Assembly: GCA_963817955.1 (NCBI GenBank)
Contig: CAWFQK010000002.1
Location: forward strand, 1 to 64,000
DNA: 64,000 nucleotides
Reading direction: 5' to 3'
Source of the DNA: an uncultured Gemmatimonadaceae bacterium
GTDB lineage: Bacteria > Gemmatimonadota > Gemmatimonadetes > Gemmatimonadales > Gemmatimonadaceae
Shown here: positions 61,273-64,000 of the stretch, piece after piece
How the letters are laid out: every line of letters starts with the position of its first letter
Position numbering within the stretch: position 1 is the first letter of the stretch
The notes under the pieces: generated by a model
Databases searched by the model: none
Told to the model about the DNA's origin: nothing
Seen by the model: only the letters and a program-made list of their open reading frames with translations
Translations under genes and position numbers: made by a program

Positions 61273-61647
61273 ATGACGACGCCGAGAAAGCGCGCAAGCC
61301 GGAAGACCGGCGGCCCGAGCAGGGCCGCTGATGATTCGACTACGGAATCCGCGACCGCACGGGAGGACCGCGAAGTCGGTCTGGCCATGACTACAGAGAT
61401 GCTATCGATTGAGATGTCAGCTTCTTCGGATAGTCTTGACGCTACGATCCGATACCGAGCCTATGAGCTCTTTCTGGCGCGGGGGGCCGTCAGCGGTGAT
61501 GCGCTCGCCGACTGGTTCGAGGCCGAACGCCAGGTGCTGTCCGCACGGGACACGAGACACGAGACACGGGACGCGGGACACGAGACACAAGACACGGGCG
61601 AGGGACACGAGACACGGGACACGAGACACGGGACACGCAACGCGTAG
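61273..61647 (+). CDS. DUF2934-domain protein with a repeat-derived C-terminal tail
   Basis: IRYRAYELF..RG...G.A.ADW.EAE. Confidence 0.75.
   Translation: MTTPRKRASRKTGGPSRAADDSTTESATAREDREVGLAMTTEMLSIEMSASSDSLDATIRYRAYELFLARGAVSGDALADWFEAERQVLSARDTRHETRDAGHETQDTGEGHETRDTRHGTRNA
61547..61636. repeat. Heptamer tandem repeat G(A/G)GACAC, 12 units plus a 6-nt interruption
   Basis: gggacac gagacac gagacac gggacgc gggacac gagacac aagacac gggcga gggacac gagacac gggacac gagacac gggacac. Confidence 0.95.
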
Positions 61648-61664
61648 CTCACCCGCGCCACGCG

Positions 61665-62762
61665 ATGCCACGACTCTCGCAAGTCCGCGCGGCCGCCTAC
61701 ACCATTCCGACAGATCGTCCCGAGTCCGACGGGACCATCGAGTGGCACTCGACGACGATCGTCGTGGTCGATGTCACGGCGGCCGATACTGTTGGAACAG
61801 GGTACGCGTACGGCGCAGCAGCCGCCGCTGCAGTCGTGCACGACACACTGCAAGACCTGATTGTCGGCATGGACAGTGTGGATACGGCTGCCGCATCGAT
61901 CCGCATGTGGCAAGCTGTGCGCAACATCGGCCGCCCCGGAATTGCCGCGACCGCAATCAGCGCCGTCGATATCGCACTCTGGGACCTCAAGGCCAAGCTG
62001 CTCGACCTCCCACTCGCCAGCCTCCTTGGGAAAGCTCGTCAGAGCATTCCCGCCTACGGCAGCGGCGGATTCACGTCGTATACCACTGGAGAGCTGTGTG
62101 CACAGCTCGCGGGGTGGGCGTCGAGTGGTGCGCGCGCGGTGAAGATGAAGGTGGGCCGCGAACCTGGGTTTGATCCACAACGCGTTGGGGCCGCTCGCGC
62201 CGCCATTGGTCCCTCCGTCGATCTGTTCGTCGATGCCAACGGAGCGTATACGCGCGCTCAAGCGGCCAAGCTCGCTGAAGCCTTTCACGAGCACGGCGTA
62301 ACCTGGTTCGAGGAGCCGGTGAGCTCGGACGACCTCGACGGCTTGCGCGCGCTGCGCGGCATGGTGCCGGCCGGCATGCGAATCGCCGCCGGCGAGTACG
62401 GATATGACTCGGGCTACTTTCACCGAATGCTCAACGCGGGTGCCGTCGACGTCCTGCAGGCCGACGCCACCCGGTGCGGCGGCGTCACCGGATTCATGCA
62501 GGCAGCAGCGATCTGCGACGCGTTCGGCGCGCCCCTCTCCGCGCACACGGCGCCGTCGCTGCACACACATCTGTGCTGCGCTGCGTCACGCGCGCTCAAC
62601 GTCGAGTATTTCCATGACCACGCTCGCATCGAGACGATGCTGTTCGACGGCGCTCGCGTTCCGGTCGATGGACAGTTGACCCCCGATCTCTCACGCCCAG
62701 GGCTGGGCCTGGAATTCAAACGCGTCGATGCCGAGCGTCTCGACAAGGTCCCGCGGCACTAA
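61665..62762 (+). CDS. Mandelate racemase/muconate lactonizing enzyme family (enolase superfamily)
   Basis: SAVDIALWDLK, KMKVG, VDAN, FEEP, AGEY, PGLG. Confidence 0.9.
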   Translation: MPRLSQVRAAAYTIPTDRPESDGTIEWHSTTIVVVDVTAADTVGTGYAYGAAAAAAVVHDTLQDLIVGMDSVDTAAASIRMWQAVRNIGRPGIAATAISAVDIALWDLKAKLLDLPLASLLGKARQSIPAYGSGGFTSYTTGELCAQLAGWASSGARAVKMKVGREPGFDPQRVGAARAAIGPSVDLFVDANGAYTRAQAAKLAEAFHEHGVTWFEEPVSSDDLDGLRALRGMVPAGMRIAAGEYGYDSGYFHRMLNAGAVDVLQADATRCGGVTGFMQAAAICDAFGAPLSAHTAPSLHTHLCCAASRALNVEYFHDHARIETMLFDGARVPVDGQLTPDLSRPGLGLEFKRVDAERLDKVPRH

Positions 62763-62872
62763 GATCTGCAACGCAATCGGTACGCTTCTTGTAGACCGGC
62801 TCCCACCATCGCCCGCCGCACGATGGCTCGTCATGCGGCGTGGCGGATCATGCGCTCCATCGGGAGGAAACA

Positions 62873-64000
62873 ATGACCGCTACCGTCGCCGGCCTGCTCG
62901 TCGAACGACTCATCGCTTGGGGCGTCGACACCATTTTCGGCTTCCCGGGGGACGGCATCGATGGACTGTTCGAGTCACTCCGCACACACGCGAAGGAGAT
63001 TCGCTTTGTCCAAGTGCGACATGAGGAGGCCGCCGCGTTCGCCGCGTGTGGGTACGCCAAGTACACCGGACGCCTCGGCGTGTGTCTCGCGACGTCGGGC
63101 CCCGGCGGCATCCATCTCCTGAACGGATTGTACGATGCCAAGTGTGACGGACAGCCCGTGCTCGCCATTACTGGACACACGTTCCACGACCTGATCGGCA
63201 TGCATTACCAGCAGGACGTGGATCTCGACAAGCTCTTCATGGACGTCGCCGCGTTCAACCAGCGCGTCATGGGCCCGGCCCATGTGCAGAACGTCGTCGA
63301 CGAAGCGATCAAGACCGCGCTCGCCCAGCACACCGTCTCGCACATTACGATTCCGAAAGACATTCAGCAATGGAAGACAGACGACGGCCGCCGCTCCGAA
63401 GCCAATGTCAGCCGTCACAGCGCGGATCTCTACGCCGCCGTTCATTCGATTCCGCCAGAGGACCTCATCCGTCAGGCGGCAGAGATCATCAATGCTGGCA
63501 AGAAGGTCGCGATCCTCGCTGGCCGCGGTTGCCTCGGGGCGCGCGACGAAGTGCTGCAGCTCGCTGAAAAGGTCGGCGGTCCTATTGTGAAGCCGTTGTT
63601 GGGCAAGGCCGTCGTCCCCGACGACAGCGAGTACACCACCGGCGGCATCGGTCTGCTCGGCACCTCGCCATCACAGGACGCGCTCGCGGAATGCGATACG
63701 CTCATGATCGCCGGCAGCGGGTTTCCCTACATGGAGTTCTATCCGAAGCCCGGCCAAGCCAAGGGCATTCAGATCGACATCGATCCGACACGCATCGGGC
63801 TGCGGTTCAACGCCGATGTCGGACTGGTCGGAGACTGCCGCACCGTGCTGCGCGCGCTCCTGCCGCTCGTCGAGCACAAGAGAAAACGCGGATTCCTCGA
63901 GGAGTCGCAACGGCGGATGAAAGACTGGCGCGGGCTGATGGAAGAGCGTGGCACCCGCGGCGACATGCCGATGAAGCCGCAGGTCGTGACGTATCACCTG
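62873..64000 (+). CDS. Thiamine-diphosphate-dependent pyruvate oxidase/dehydrogenase (PoxB-like), truncated by the window end
   Basis: Hand translation MTATVAGLLVERLIAWGVDTIFGFPGDGIDG...VRHEEAAAF...TSGPGGIHLLNGLYDA; GGGAGG RBS. Confidence 0.9.
   Translation, partial: MTATVAGLLVERLIAWGVDTIFGFPGDGIDGLFESLRTHAKEIRFVQVRHEEAAAFAACGYAKYTGRLGVCLATSGPGGIHLLNGLYDAKCDGQPVLAITGHTFHDLIGMHYQQDVDLDKLFMDVAAFNQRVMGPAHVQNVVDEAIKTALAQHTVSHITIPKDIQQWKTDDGRRSEANVSRHSADLYAAVHSIPPEDLIRQAAEIINAGKKVAILAGRGCLGARDEVLQLAEKVGGPIVKPLLGKAVVPDDSEYTTGGIGLLGTSPSQDALAECDTLMIAGSGFPYMEFYPKPGQAKGIQIDIDPTRIGLRFNADVGLVGDCRTVLRALLPLVEHKRKRGFLEESQRRMKDWRGLMEERGTRGDMPMKPQVVTYHL

Overview
GC-rich bacterial chromosomal segment. Gene content (PadR-ADOP permease pair, GGRGG-linker BNR proteins, S9 peptidases) suggests Gemmatimonadota or a similar soil lineage; this is an inference. 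From left to right: a sigma-54 two-component system divergent from queD, and a BNR/VPS10-type glycosyl hydrolase. Next is a ~3.6 kb IS1595-family element bounded by terminal inverted repeats, with a broken transposase and cargo (DUF262-HNH nuclease, DUF5678-like protein plus retropepsin-like protease, 48-aa peptide). It is followed by a ~420-bp non-coding array with a CGCGG core every ~20.75 nt upstream of an unknown helical protein, then orphan cheY-cheZ, UPF0182 and an acyl-CoA dehydrogenase. A Kdp potassium-uptake locus follows, with a split KdpD, a His-less pseudokinase, a porin, two small membrane peptides and many frameshifts. The right half holds PadR-ADOP, a cyanophycin operon (cphB-cphA plus an ATP-grasp-less paralogue), several signalling modules, hydrolases, and a stress-type cluster ending in a PoxB-like gene cut by the window edge. 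A GRGACAC heptamer repeat family occurs at three sites. No rRNA, tRNA or CRISPR array was seen. The best candidates for something undescribed are the phased ~21-nt array with its adjacent gene, the IS1595 cargo, and the KdpD-N/pseudokinase pair. All family assignments come from motif recognition by eye, not database searches.
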